Numbered from the stretch's first letter, positions 46,384-56,754 are shown. The stretch: DNA of 57,396 bases from Bacillota bacterium (GCA_012520035.1 JAAYOY010000090.1:1-57396); one strand, 5' to 3'. The notes: generated by a model not told the origin, from the sequence alone. Numbers and translations are program-made.

Positions 46384-47441
46384 GATAATCCCTCCACAAA
46401 GTCTCCTCTCAGGCCTGTCAGGAAAAATGCCAGCAGTTTTCCGGCAACTTTAATATCTTCGAGGTTAACCAGCTCTACCGAAGTGTGCATGTAACGCAAA
46501 GGGATAGATAGAAGCCCCGTCGGGATACCTCCCAGGCTTACCTGAATTGCACGGGCATCTGTACCCGTTGGTCCAGGGGAAACGTCTTTTTGGTGTGGCA
46601 GGTGATTTTCCTTTGCCGTTTCCGTCAACCGTTCCGCCAGCTGGGGGTGAATGTTTGGCCCCCAGGTAATTACAGGCCCTTTACCCAGCGGAGAGACCTC
46701 ATACTCCTGAGCACCTGGAAAATCCCCGTGACAAACGTCCACAGCGATTCCGATATCCGGAGAAACACCAAAAGCTGATACCAGGGCTCCTCTGGTGCCG
46801 ACTTCCTCCTGGATAGTCGCTACCAGGTAAATATCGGCTTGATGCTTTAGATTAGCCAGTTCACGGGCGCAGAACCACAATACCGCCACCCCCGCGCGGT
46901 CATCAAGCGCTTTACCCGTAATACAATCGTTTAAAAGGGTAAGCAAAGTTCTTTTAATAATTGCAACAGTCCCTACTTTTATCTCTCTGCGTACTGTTGT
47001 TTCCGGAAGGCCGGTATCTATAAAGAGGTCTTCCATTTCCGCTCCCTTCCCTTTTTCATCATTTTCAAAAAGGTGGGGCGGTTTGATACCTATTATCCCT
47101 TCCAAAGGTTCCCGTCCGCGAATAACAACTTCCTGTCCGGGAAGGGTTCGCGGATCAAAACCGCCAAGGGAAGTAAACCTCAAAAATCCATTCTCTTCTA
47201 TCTTTGTAATCATTAACCCTATCTCGTCCATATGCGCACATAAAAGAACCTTCGGCCCGCCTGTACCATTTCCTTTTTTTAAAAAAATAAGGTTTCCCAG
47301 GTTATCCGTCCTTTGTTCGTCTATATATGGCGCAAAGGCATCTGCAATTATCTTTGCAATGCTTTCTTCATAACCCGAAGCGCCACCTTTTTCTGTTAAT
47401 TCCTTAAGCAACTTATGTAAATCGTATTTGTTATCGCTCAT
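46374..47441 (-). CDS. M42-family metallopeptidase (paralog 3)
   Basis: Start trimmed to ATG 47441 (MSDNKYDLHKLL...) with an AAGGAGG RBS. ...GGASGYEES...CAHMDEIGLMI...TIQEEVGTRGA... Confidence 0.85.
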   Translation of the reverse strand: MSDNKYDLHKLLKELTEKGGASGYEESIAKIIADAFAPYIDEQRTDNLGNLIFLKKGNGTGGPKVLLCAHMDEIGLMITKIEENGFLRFTSLGGFDPRTLPGQEVVIRGREPLEGIIGIKPPHLFENDEKGKGAEMEDLFIDTGLPETTVRREIKVGTVAIIKRTLLTLLNDCITGKALDDRAGVAVLWFCARELANLKHQADIYLVATIQEEVGTRGALVSAFGVSPDIGIAVDVCHGDFPGAQEYEVSPLGKGPVITWGPNIHPQLAERLTETAKENHLPHQKDVSPGPTGTDARAIQVSLGGIPTGLLSIPLRYMHTSVELVNLEDIKVAGKLLAFFLTGLRGDFVEGLSCI

Positions 47442-47457
47442 AAAATAACCTCCTTTC

Positions 47458-48561
47458 TTATTTATGATCAAGAGATGTTTCCGACAGCAATTTTTGCAAC
47501 TCCGAGGTAATACGGTATACTTTTTCGCACTCAGCGACTGAAAGAGTGCCGGCCCCACAACTCGGGGTCAAAAGATACTGTCTGGACAGCAGTTCAGGGC
47601 TAACACCCCTTCGCGCAAGGCGAGCGATGCCTTCAAAAAACCTCTCTTTTAAAGAAAGGGCGTTTTCCTTCTCAATAGCTTCTGAGGTCGGCACAAGACC
47701 CCAGGCCAAACAGCCTCCATTTTTTAAAAAAGCATCGATTGCCTCGCTGTAAACCAGCAGCGACTCAAAATAGTCATAGGCATCAAAACTCACTATTTGC
47801 AGGGGCAGTTCAAATATAATAGACCAGTCTATGCCGGAACAGCAGTGAACACCGGCATAAGCACCCTCCGCATTTATAGCTGCGACAACCTCACCGATGC
47901 TCTTAGAAATCCCTTCTCTGGAAAGCGCAACATAAGCAGATTGGCCGAAGGAAAGCAATTGCGGTTCATCTATAAATATTACTACCGGAAGCGAAAATTT
48001 TTTCAAAAGGTGTACCTGATTCCGGGCATTTAAGGCCAGGGTCTTGGTAATTACATCCCGCAGGTCGTCTCTGTAAAAGGCAGGTACACCGTTTTCGTCA
48101 TTTACCTGCAAACCTATAGAAAGCGGTCCGCTCAGCTGACCTTTAAGAAAAAGAGGTTTTCTAGATAACTTACCCCATTCTTCCTCTAAAAATTTATAAA
48201 AACCCGTTGCCACTCCCCGGGGGAAAGCAAAGTTGGAAAGAGAATCCTCTTTTTGTACCCCTTCTAGATCGCAATCAAGATAAAGGCTATAAAAGCGCTC
48301 CATTTTTTGCAGCCAGTCATTACGCTCGTTACAAAAAAAAGAGGCCCCCGCCTTCCCTGTATCCAACATCCCCAGCCTCAACAACGGAGCCAAATATTGC
48401 CGGACAAAAGTTTCTTCTCTCCCTAATTTCGGCAACTGAGGCCAGTGCGGCCCGGAATAGAGCGTATCTTTAATCAGCGCAATTGCCGCATCTATGTCCT
48501 GATGAGGCATACTCCCAATAGCGGTTGCCAAGCCGTATAAAAAATCTATCCTCTCTTTCAC
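47458..48561 (-). CDS. MetE C-terminal-like (cobalamin-independent methionine synthase / URO-D-like) Zn-methyltransferase-fold protein
   Basis: 367 aa. ...IGSMPH..., ...GVHCCSG... and ...LTPSCGAG... resemble the His/Cys/Cys zinc-ligand pattern of MetE-type enzymes. Substrate unknown. Confidence 0.5.
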   Translation of the reverse strand: MKERIDFLYGLATAIGSMPHQDIDAAIALIKDTLYSGPHWPQLPKLGREETFVRQYLAPLLRLGMLDTGKAGASFFCNERNDWLQKMERFYSLYLDCDLEGVQKEDSLSNFAFPRGVATGFYKFLEEEWGKLSRKPLFLKGQLSGPLSIGLQVNDENGVPAFYRDDLRDVITKTLALNARNQVHLLKKFSLPVVIFIDEPQLLSFGQSAYVALSREGISKSIGEVVAAINAEGAYAGVHCCSGIDWSIIFELPLQIVSFDAYDYFESLLVYSEAIDAFLKNGGCLAWGLVPTSEAIEKENALSLKERFFEGIARLARRGVSPELLSRQYLLTPSCGAGTLSVAECEKVYRITSELQKLLSETSLDHK

Positions 48562-48589
48562 ATGTACCTCCTCTTACCATTGCTTGCTT

Positions 48590-50254
48590 CTAAAACTTGC
48601 CGGAGTTATCTAATAAATGCTCATTTTTATCGATATACTCTTCCTCCCAGGTTATATCGCTAATGGCTTTTTTAAAATCATCCACCGCCGGATTTCGTTT
48701 GCAGAGCAGACCGTATTCGATGCTGTCAACCAGTGCAACCCAGCTGGCCTCAATAAGATTCTCCGAAACACCAACTGTTCCCCACCTTTTATTGCCGTTT
48801 TGAGAGGTAATTAACACCCGCACCTTTGCCCCTGTGCCATCTTTGCCGTCAAGCACCCGCACTTTATAATCAACCAGCTTTATATTTTTAATCTCCGGGT
48901 AAATCTCTTCCAGGGCTTTACGCAAAGCGTTATCCAAAGCATTGACCGGGCCATTTCCCTCAGCAACGGTATGAACCGACCTCTCTCCTACTTTTAGTTT
49001 TACCGTTGCCTCGATATAGAGATCGTTGCCCCGCCGCTCCTTATCCAGTATTACGCGAAACCCCTCCAGCTTAAACAGGGGATTGTAAGTTTTTAACGTT
49101 TTCCAGATAAGAAGCTCGAAAGAACCTTCAGCCCCTTCAAACTGGTATCCTTCATGCTCCATTTTCTTGATCGCTTGCAATACTTCTCTTGCCTCCGGAT
49201 AATTCTTAATTAATTGTATTTCATCATCCCTGGCCTTTGAGAGAATACTGCTCTTGCCGGAGAGCTCCGAAACCAGGATACGGCGTTTATTGCCTACCTC
49301 TTCCGGATTGGCATGTTCATAAGTACGGGCATGCTTCACCACTGCATCGACATGAATACCACCCTTATGTGTGAAAGCATTTCTTCCGACATATGGTTGC
49401 CCGTCAAGGGGAATCATATTGGCCAGCTCGGCAACAACTTTAGAAATCCTCGTTAATTCTTTCAACTGGGGCTTAAATTTCTTGATATTTAACTTGAAGT
49501 ACATGTTGGGTATTATGCAGCAGAGATCTGCATTACCACACCTCTCCCCGTATCCGTTTATCGTTCCCTGAACATGGACAGCCCCGCTTTGTAATGCAAT
49601 GATTGAATTTGCATCCCCCATTCCGCAATCATTATGGGCATGAATGCCGAGAGGAACATCAATTTCCTTTTTTACAGCCTCAATAACCTTTTTTACGTCC
49701 AGTGGCAATGTTCCCCCGTTAGTATCACACAATACAACAGTATCCGCGCCGTTATCTGCAGCTACCCGGATAGTTTGCAGGGCATAATCAGGGTTGTTAA
49801 AAAAACCGTCAAAAAAGTGCTCCGCATCATAGATAACCTCCAAACCCTTTGCTTTCAAATAGGCAACAGTATCGGCGATCATGTGCAGATTTTCTTCCAG
49901 CGTGGTACCGAGGGCCTGAGTTACATGAAAATCCCAGCTTTTTCCTACAATTGTCACCACGGGTGTTTTTGCCTCCAGCAGGGCTTTAACATTATCATCC
50001 GCTTCCACATCTTTGTTGGCGTGTCTGGTACTCCCAAAAGCAGATACCTTGGCATGTTTTAAAGATAAATCCTTTAAACGGTCAAAAAACTCAATATCTT
50101 TTGGGTTGGAACCCGGCCATCCGCCTTCAATGTAGTCTATTCCTAAAGCATCCAGTAGTTGTACTATCTCAATTTTATCGCTAACAGAAAAGGAAATACC
50201 CTCCCTTTGTGCCCCGTCTCTTAAAGTTGTATCATAAACATAATATTTCTTCAT
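48590..50254 (-). CDS. cimA: (R)-citramalate synthase (LeuA/CimA family, with LeuA-dimer regulatory domain)
   Basis: Start trimmed to ATG 50254 ([23 protein letters not shown]...). ...HAHNDCGMG...[11 protein letters not shown]... Confidence 0.8.
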   Translation of the reverse strand: MKKYYVYDTTLRDGAQREGISFSVSDKIEIVQLLDALGIDYIEGGWPGSNPKDIEFFDRLKDLSLKHAKVSAFGSTRHANKDVEADDNVKALLEAKTPVVTIVGKSWDFHVTQALGTTLEENLHMIADTVAYLKAKGLEVIYDAEHFFDGFFNNPDYALQTIRVAADNGADTVVLCDTNGGTLPLDVKKVIEAVKKEIDVPLGIHAHNDCGMGDANSIIALQSGAVHVQGTINGYGERCGNADLCCIIPNMYFKLNIKKFKPQLKELTRISKVVAELANMIPLDGQPYVGRNAFTHKGGIHVDAVVKHARTYEHANPEEVGNKRRILVSELSGKSSILSKARDDEIQLIKNYPEAREVLQAIKKMEHEGYQFEGAEGSFELLIWKTLKTYNPLFKLEGFRVILDKERRGNDLYIEATVKLKVGERSVHTVAEGNGPVNALDNALRKALEEIYPEIKNIKLVDYKVRVLDGKDGTGAKVRVLITSQNGNKRWGTVGVSENLIEASWVALVDSIEYGLLCKRNPAVDDFKKAISDITWEEEYIDKNEHLLDNSGKF

Positions 50255-50446
50255 GGAAAACCTCCAAAAAACCTGCATAAATTAGAAATATTATACTATA
50301 ACCCTGAAATCCTGTCTACCGCGCAGGTGCTATAAACCTACGGATAAAGGAAGATATTAAAAGAATATTTAACCATATGATGCCACGTATAGATGCAAGG
50401 ATAACGGATAAGATAAAATCAAGCTTTTAGCGGAAGGAGGGATATA

Positions 50447-50680
50447 ATGCAGCAAGTTAGAACCAACATAAAAAATATCGGCAAAGCTGAGTTTATGTCT
50501 ATTTTCCATCAGTATCAGGGTGAATCACTGTGTTTAAAAAAGCTAAATGCATACTCAAGCCAGGTCCAGGACCCCAACATGAGGAACATAATTCAACAAA
50601 TGAGTACCCAATGCCAGGAAAGAGCAAACAGACTCTCTTCCTTATTGCAGCAAGCCGGTGGAGGCCACCTGCTCTCCTAA
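50447..50680 (+). CDS. Small Gln-rich hypothetical protein, partner of the CotF-like protein
   Basis: 77 aa with a GGAGGG RBS. Co-directional and adjacent to the CotF-like gene. No confident family call. Confidence 0.5.
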   Translation: MQQVRTNIKNIGKAEFMSIFHQYQGESLCLKKLNAYSSQVQDPNMRNIIQQMSTQCQERANRLSSLLQQAGGGHLLS

Positions 50681-50725
50681 AAATCTAACAGAAAATTAAA
50701 CAGAAGATAAAAAGGAGGTTATGAT

Positions 50726-50980
50726 ATGCCCTACATGCAACAATTTACCGATAAAGATATCGCGGGCGATATGTTAACCGGTGTAAAACATATGGCTGAG
50801 GGCTATATGATGGCAATACTTGAAGCCCAAGACCAGAACTTGCGCCAGACCTTTAAAGATTTTCATGATCAATATTTAAATGATCACTATAGAATTTTTC
50901 AGATCATGCAACAAAACGGATGGTATAAAGTACCCAGAATTCTCGACGAACAAATGCAACAGCCGCAAATGCAAATATAG
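50726..50980 (+). CDS. Spore coat protein F (Coat_F domain)-like protein
   Basis: 84 aa. ...DKDIAGDMLTGVKHMAEGYMMAILEAQDQNLRQTFKDFHDQYLNDHYRIFQIMQQNGWYKVP matches the Coat_F pattern. AGGAGG RBS. Confidence 0.7.
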   Translation: MPYMQQFTDKDIAGDMLTGVKHMAEGYMMAILEAQDQNLRQTFKDFHDQYLNDHYRIFQIMQQNGWYKVPRILDEQMQQPQMQI

Positions 50981-50995
50981 GGATGAATAAACCAA

Positions 50996-51064
50996 AAAAA
51001 GTGGTGCAGGCTTATAGTCGCTACGGGTTCCTCCGCAGTAGCGAGTTTGCATGCACCACTTTTT
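50996..51064. terminator. Bidirectional compound stem-loop terminator between convergent genes
   Basis: AAAAAGTGGTGCA ... TGCACCACTTTTT outer stem enclosing a TCGCTAC...GTAGCGA inner hairpin. Confidence 0.7.
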
Positions 51065-51131
51065 ACTAGAAAAAAATTGGCTTCAAAATGCTATTGGTAT
51101 TCAGGTGTCTCTTTTAAGTAATATACACTGT

Positions 51132-52901
51132 TTACCTTTCCTTGCCAGGGAGCAATTCAAACCGTTGGATCCTAAAGGATTTCTTTTTCAAAAATGAATG
51201 CCGGAGATCACCCTTACGGTATATTATCTGTACCCGGCCAACACGTCTTCCGAGGCGCTCTAGAGAGCGGGTAAATGCACGGGCTGTTTTTTCTGAAAAA
51301 GATAGCCCTTCGGTATTAATGACAAGTTGCAAACAGGGCTTGGGTACCAGACCCTTGAGTGTCCGGTTCAATTCCCTCAAGGCAAACCGGTTTAATAAGC
51401 CCCGCAGGCGCAGATAAAAAACACCGTTACTCTCCGAGACATAGATCTTTAAGTGATTTGCCGCTTCATCCCGCTTTAATTTTCCTTCCTGATTAATGGG
51501 AATCCGGCGATAAAGAAGAGGTACTGAACGGCTGCTCTTATTTTGTAAGCGCTCTAAAATTTGATCGTACCAGCGGTTTTGTTTTTCAAAACGTTTCACC
51601 AGCCACCAACCTACCCCGCGGTAGAGGGAAGAACCCCAGCCTGTTAACATTGTATTTTGAAATATATGGGACATGGAGTAAAAACGCTTAAACGCCTTGA
51701 AAGACTCCTCCTGGAGCTGCTCGGGGGACATTAGCGCAGGTTGAAAGACTGCATGGTGGCCGTCATAAAGGTCCCACTCCTTGGTAATAAGACGCCCCTC
51801 GGATTCCAGTTGTTTAAACAACGGTGTTCCCGGTAAAGGTGTGAGCATCAAAAACTGCACGCTGTCAATACGCATTTTCAAAGCAAAATCCACGGTGTCC
51901 CTGATCGTCTGCACAGTGTCACTGTCACTGCCGAAAACAAACATACCATGTATCCTTACTCCGTAATCGTGAAAACGTCGAATACCCTCCTCGATATCAT
52001 CCAAGCTTTGTTGTTTGTTATAAGCTTTAAGTGTGGCAGGATTGATTGATTCTAACCCGATATAAGCAATATTCCCCCTGGTACGCCGCATCAGCTCTAA
52101 AAATTCTTCGTCCCTGGCTGCATCGACACGAACCTGGGCCCCCCACCCCTTAAGGTTAATTTTTCGATCCAACATTCCCCGCAGTACCTCTTTAGTGCGC
52201 TTCGGGTTAGCAGTAAAATGATCGTCACAAAAAAACACATGCTGTCCTCGGTAAAGAGAAAGCTCCTCCAACACCTTTTCCGTACTGCGGTAGCGATAGC
52301 CCCTTCCAAACATCGGGGTAACACTGCAAAAGGTACAATTAAAGGGACACCCGCGGGAAGTCATCACCGGAATAGCGCCGCCAGGCTTTCCCTGCACAAA
52401 AAGACTCAAGTCGGGGATGGGGAGATCATCCATCTCCACCCAGCAATCCTGGGCGGGGTTATGCACAGGTACTCCATTATCCCAGTAAGATACTCCCGGA
52501 ATATCCCTGGGCAACTGACCTTCTTTTATCGCTCGCACCAATGGGAGAAAGGTGTAATCCGCCTCCCCCCTCACAACATAATCCGCGTAATGTAAAGCCT
52601 CATCCGGCAGATAGGTTGCATGAATACCGCCGATCACAACGGGAATATTATTAGCGCGCAGGTGGCTCGCGATACGATAGGCATCAAAACTGGTAGAAGT
52701 AGTGGTTGAAACCCCAACCAGATCGGCCTCCAAAATTTTATTCCAGGGCAGGGTTTCCGGCGATGCCGTATAAATGGACACCTTATATCCCTCGGCTTTT
52801 AACTGCGCCCCCAATAAAGGCAAACCCAGGCGTGGCATGCGCACCATGCTATAGACATGCCCCCTTTTGGTTTTTGGTTCAATAAGCACAATTTCCTTCA
52901 A
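51132..52901 (-). CDS. B12-binding-domain radical SAM protein with a ~110-aa STAS-like C-terminal extension
   Basis: N-terminal cobalamin-binding-like Rossmann (...VGVSTTTSTS...VIGGIHAT), SRGCPFNCTFCS (CxxxCxxC). The tail ...VFYLRLRGLLNRFALRELNRTLKGL...LQLVINTEGLSFSEKTARAF...LERLGRRVGRVQIIY resembles an anti-sigma-antagonist/STAS fold. Start guessed at TTG 52901 (AGGAG 8 nt upstream). The ORF track extends to 52979. Confidence 0.75.
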   Translation of the reverse strand: MKEIVLIEPKTKRGHVYSMVRMPRLGLPLLGAQLKAEGYKVSIYTASPETLPWNKILEADLVGVSTTTSTSFDAYRIASHLRANNIPVVIGGIHATYLPDEALHYADYVVRGEADYTFLPLVRAIKEGQLPRDIPGVSYWDNGVPVHNPAQDCWVEMDDLPIPDLSLFVQGKPGGAIPVMTSRGCPFNCTFCSVTPMFGRGYRYRSTEKVLEELSLYRGQHVFFCDDHFTANPKRTKEVLRGMLDRKINLKGWGAQVRVDAARDEEFLELMRRTRGNIAYIGLESINPATLKAYNKQQSLDDIEEGIRRFHDYGVRIHGMFVFGSDSDTVQTIRDTVDFALKMRIDSVQFLMLTPLPGTPLFKQLESEGRLITKEWDLYDGHHAVFQPALMSPEQLQEESFKAFKRFYSMSHIFQNTMLTGWGSSLYRGVGWWLVKRFEKQNRWYDQILERLQNKSSRSVPLLYRRIPINQEGKLKRDEAANHLKIYVSESNGVFYLRLRGLLNRFALRELNRTLKGLVPKPCLQLVINTEGLSFSEKTARAFTRSLERLGRRVGRVQIIYRKGDLRHSFLKKKSFRIQRFELLPGKER

Positions 52902-53081
52902 TAATAACACTCCTATCCCATTAGTGCATTCATGTCTATTAATATTATCCCCGACAATATTTTTACTATATACTATCAATACTATTAAACTTTGGATCTA
53001 ACCATTTTTAAAATTTTCAAACAAAACAGGGAAACAAAGAAGGGAATAGTTATCAAGTTCTTTTAATCCTCACAAGAATCA

Positions 53082-53768
53082 TTATTCCAGTATAATACGC
53101 GCATCTGCAGCAACGCACCCCCGGCTATCCGCAAATAGAGGATTGATATCAAGCTCTTTCACTCCCGGGTTAGCTTCAGCAAAATGAGATAGCTTAAGAA
53201 GTACCTCAGCGAGCGCTTCAATTTTTACCGGATCTGTCCCTCTTGCCCCATCCAAAAGCGCACGTCCCCTGATTTCATCGATCATCTCATAAGCATCCTC
53301 TTCGGTTAGAGGTACTATGCGGAATGATACATCCCTTAATATCTCGACAAATATCCCACCCAAACCGAACATTACCATCGCCCCGAACTGCGGATCCCGG
53401 GTAACACCGGCAACTACTTCGATCCCCCCGTCGATCATCGGTTGGACGGTCACCCCCTCAATACTATAACGGGGATGTTCTGTTTTCATGGTTTTAAGCA
53501 TACGATCATAGGCAAGTCCAACTTCCCCCGAACCGGCAAGACCCAGCGAAACTCCACCCGCTTCTGTTTTATGTACCAAATCCCGGCAGCAAATCTTCAA
53601 CACCACCGGATAACCAATATTATCGGCAAGTAGCTGCGCTTCTTCTTTTGACCTTGCGAGAAATGTCTTTACCACAGGTATGCCGGCTGTTTTTAATATT
53701 TCTTTAGCCTCAAATTCGGTAAGTTTTTTTAGCCCCTGAGCTTTTGCCTCCAGGATTGAAAAAATCAT
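53082..53768 (-). CDS. ADP-forming acyl-CoA synthetase, beta subunit (ATP-grasp domain)
   Basis: ...LTEFEAKEILKTAGIPVVKT...EEAQLLADNIGYPVVLKI... ATGA overlap with the alpha subunit gene. Confidence 0.8.
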   Translation of the reverse strand: MIFSILEAKAQGLKKLTEFEAKEILKTAGIPVVKTFLARSKEEAQLLADNIGYPVVLKICCRDLVHKTEAGGVSLGLAGSGEVGLAYDRMLKTMKTEHPRYSIEGVTVQPMIDGGIEVVAGVTRDPQFGAMVMFGLGGIFVEILRDVSFRIVPLTEEDAYEMIDEIRGRALLDGARGTDPVKIEALAEVLLKLSHFAEANPGVKELDINPLFADSRGCVAADARIILE

Positions 53769-55228
53769 TTGTTATATCCCTCTGCTTTTTGATATCTATA
53801 ATAATATGCCAATTTTACGATTGCCGTCGCCGCCTGACCGGCGCTGGAGAAAACAGGTATACCCTCCCTTATTAACTGTTCACGCAATCTAAAAAGAGTC
53901 TGCCAACGCCAGTTATCAACCTGGCTAATCCCAATTTCGGGGTTGCCTACCACAGCAATAACCGGCTTACTTCCCTCTTTATGAATTTTTACAGCTTCAT
54001 TCATATAGCTTTGCATAAATGCAATCCAATCATCCTTGTAAAATAATGAATCCTCGGATGAATTGATACATAACAGATCAAAATAAGGTGATTGGGCCAT
54101 ACATCTTAATACATCAGCAGATTCTATATTTAAACTGGCCAGGATGGACGCATCAACAGGATTGACAAGCCACCGGCGCACTTTAGGGTTCATCTTTGCT
54201 AACAATTGAATTATCTCATCAGGAATGGGGACAACTTCAAGGCCGGCTTCCTCATATTCATCGCCGGCCAGAACACTTTTGCCTCCGCCTCCTCCGACAA
54301 CCCCCACCCGATTTCCGGTTATCGGGGGAAGAAAATAAAATGCTGTACAAAGATCAATCAGTTCGGTTAAACTATTGGCTTGAACCGCTTTAACCTGTCG
54401 CAATACTACCTGCCATGTACTTATCGATCCGGCAATAGAAGCAGTATGGGAAGTAACAGATTTGGCACCTGCCCTGCTTCTTCCACCTTTTAATACGATT
54501 ACAGGTTTTTCCTTTGTTACCCTGCGCAGTGTTTTAAAAAACTTTTGGCCATCTTTAACGCCTTCAAGATACATGAGAATAATTTTCGTTTCTTTGTCCC
54601 ACAATAAATACTCCAGAAAGTCGGTTTCGTTTAGGTCTGCCGCATTCCCATAACTGACAACCTTACTAAAACGAACTCCCCGCAGGGCTGCCAGCCGCAC
54701 TATCTCACCGGCAAGTCCGCCGCTTTGAATTATTGCTCCCACAGAACCCGGCTCCATGCATAAATCATGATTATAAGCAATCCGTTCCCCCGGATTGTAG
54801 ATTCCCATACAGTTGGGACCTATTAAGCGTATCCCTAAATTTTGAGCCCGTTTTTTTATTTCCTCTTCTAGCTGAAGAGCTTTTTCGTCTCCAGTTTCAC
54901 TTAACTTTCCAGTAAAAAGGTGTATAGCCTTGACTTTTTTTCGCGAGCTCTGAGCGAGCAAATCTAAAACAAACCTGGCATTAATGCAACAGATGACATA
55001 ATCAATTTCTCCCGGAATATCTTCAAGGGATGGGTAAACTTGGATTCCAAGTATTTCTTTCTCTTGCGGATTAACCGGATATAAGCGCCCCCGGTAACCG
55101 GATTCAACCAGAATTTGCAAATACTGATAACCAAAAGAAGTATGCCCCTTTGATGCTCCAACAACAGCAATGGAACGGGGATGAAAAATATCGTCGATTA
55201 TTTTAACAATAGCGGCAGATGGTTGCAA
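53765..55228 (-). CDS. ADP-forming acyl-CoA synthetase, alpha subunit (CoA-binding plus SCS-like domains)
   Basis: ...IFHPRSIAVVGASKG...YPVNP...IGPNCMGI...QSGG...GGRS..G..S..SHTASIAG (phosphohistidine loop). Confidence 0.8.
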   Translation of the reverse strand: MQPSAAIVKIIDDIFHPRSIAVVGASKGHTSFGYQYLQILVESGYRGRLYPVNPQEKEILGIQVYPSLEDIPGEIDYVICCINARFVLDLLAQSSRKKVKAIHLFTGKLSETGDEKALQLEEEIKKRAQNLGIRLIGPNCMGIYNPGERIAYNHDLCMEPGSVGAIIQSGGLAGEIVRLAALRGVRFSKVVSYGNAADLNETDFLEYLLWDKETKIILMYLEGVKDGQKFFKTLRRVTKEKPVIVLKGGRSRAGAKSVTSHTASIAGSISTWQVVLRQVKAVQANSLTELIDLCTAFYFLPPITGNRVGVVGGGGGKSVLAGDEYEEAGLEVVPIPDEIIQLLAKMNPKVRRWLVNPVDASILASLNIESADVLRCMAQSPYFDLLCINSSEDSLFYKDDWIAFMQSYMNEAVKIHKEGSKPVIAVVGNPEIGISQVDNWRWQTLFRLREQLIREGIPVFSSAGQAATAIVKLAYYYRYQKAEGYNK

Positions 55229-55390
55229 TTATACAATAACCCCCCGGTTGAACATTATTAATGTATACTTAAATTAATATATACTTAGATTGCAAGATTT
55301 CATAATGAAAAAATAAAACGAAAGTGCCGGGTTTTACTTTGGGCCCGGTGGTTATTATCAATTCTCAATGCAACTAAAAGAATAATAAAC

Positions 55391-56377
55391 TTAACCTTCT
55401 ATAATTCCCTCCAGCTCAACCCTTCCAATACCGTAAGGTGTCAGCCCAATAGCATTAGCGGCAGCAGCGGAAAGATCAATAATTCTCCCCGGAGCATGTG
55501 GACCCCGGTCATTAATCCGCACCCAAACGCTGCGGGCGGTTTCCGGAAAGGTTACCTTAACCATGGTTCCAAAAGGGAGGGTGCGATGGGCGGCTGTATA
55601 CAAATTTTTATCGTAAATTTCACCGCTTGACGTCTTATTCCCGTGGAACTCATTTCCGTAATAGCACCCCTGCCCTTTTTCTTTATACGATATTATAAGG
55701 TTTGCTTTCAAAATTTTAAATAATGCATCGTCTACCGACGGTAAATCTTTTATTTCTCCAAAACTTTTGTAAGGACCGAATGTTTCCCGATGGGCAAGAA
55801 TTTTTTCGGCTATCTCCTTGCTGACCCCTTTTATCCCTACCAGTTCATCCACACCCGCCGCATTAATATTAATCTTACCTCCGTAAATACCGGCGGGATC
55901 CCTACCTCCGCCCCCCCTTGAGCCAAGCTTCCTGGCAGAAGTCGTTATCAACACTTTGCTACTGCCTGCTTCCCAGTTTACCTCTCCACCCAGGGATTCA
56001 GCAGCAAACCGCAGGGGAATATAAACATGGCTGCCGATAATCATAGCCGGGACATCAACCTGTACCGGCACGTCATTAACCGTTGCCACGTTGCTCCCAA
56101 CGGGTATGTTAACCCTCACCTTATCCTTAACAGCAATTGTCGCTTTAGTTTTACCGTCCCAGGAAACCACAGCACCCAAGAGGGTAAAAAACTCCCGCGC
56201 CGGTACTAATATATACCCATTCTCTATGTGCGGGGGATTAATAAATTCAACTGTTTCACCGTTAACTTCAACCTCTATTCCATTAGCGCTTACGGCTGCA
56301 GGAATACTGAAAAAAAACATAAACAAAATAAAAATACACCAGTATTTATTCACAATAATCCTCCATATTCCCTTCAT
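55391..56377 (-). CDS. Secreted three-domain wall protein: copper-amine-oxidase-N-like stalk + ComEA-type helix-hairpin-helix + RlpA-like DPBB domain
   Basis: Signal peptide ...FFFSIPAAVSANG. ...ENGYILVPAREFFTLLGAVVSWDG...VYIPLRFAAESLGGEVNW. ...ININAAGVDELVGIKGVSKEIAEKILAHRETFGPYKS. ...YYGNEFHGNKTSSGEIYD...AAHRTLPFGT.VKV...VRINDRGP. Confidence 0.75.
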   Translation of the reverse strand: MKGIWRIIVNKYWCIFILFMFFFSIPAAVSANGIEVEVNGETVEFINPPHIENGYILVPAREFFTLLGAVVSWDGKTKATIAVKDKVRVNIPVGSNVATVNDVPVQVDVPAMIIGSHVYIPLRFAAESLGGEVNWEAGSSKVLITTSARKLGSRGGGGRDPAGIYGGKININAAGVDELVGIKGVSKEIAEKILAHRETFGPYKSFGEIKDLPSVDDALFKILKANLIISYKEKGQGCYYGNEFHGNKTSSGEIYDKNLYTAAHRTLPFGTMVKVTFPETARSVWVRINDRGPHAPGRIIDLSAAAANAIGLTPYGIGRVELEGIIEG

Positions 56378-56754
56378 TTTTTTAATTCGTTATCCGGGGG
56401 AAAATACCTTCCGGGGTTAAGGAAATATTACCTATTATTCCTCCCTAAAATATTTCGAAATGATCTATAATATTATTTATTATTTTATCATAACTTCCAG
56501 CTAAAAAGAACCTGACCAAAACCAGAAAAAAAATTATTCAGTAAGTATTATCTATTTCTTCCATAAATTTCTTCACGTTTTCAATGTGTAGTAAAAGTGT
56601 GTCAGATAAACAGATTTTAGAAAAATATCTTATAAATATTTAAAAACAACAAGCAGCCTCATTATAAAAAGAAAGCTGCTTTTTTATTGACCAGATAAAT
56701 CTAAAAAACCGGTAAAACTATGTTCCTTGGCGCATAATAAATATTCAAGCTCTT

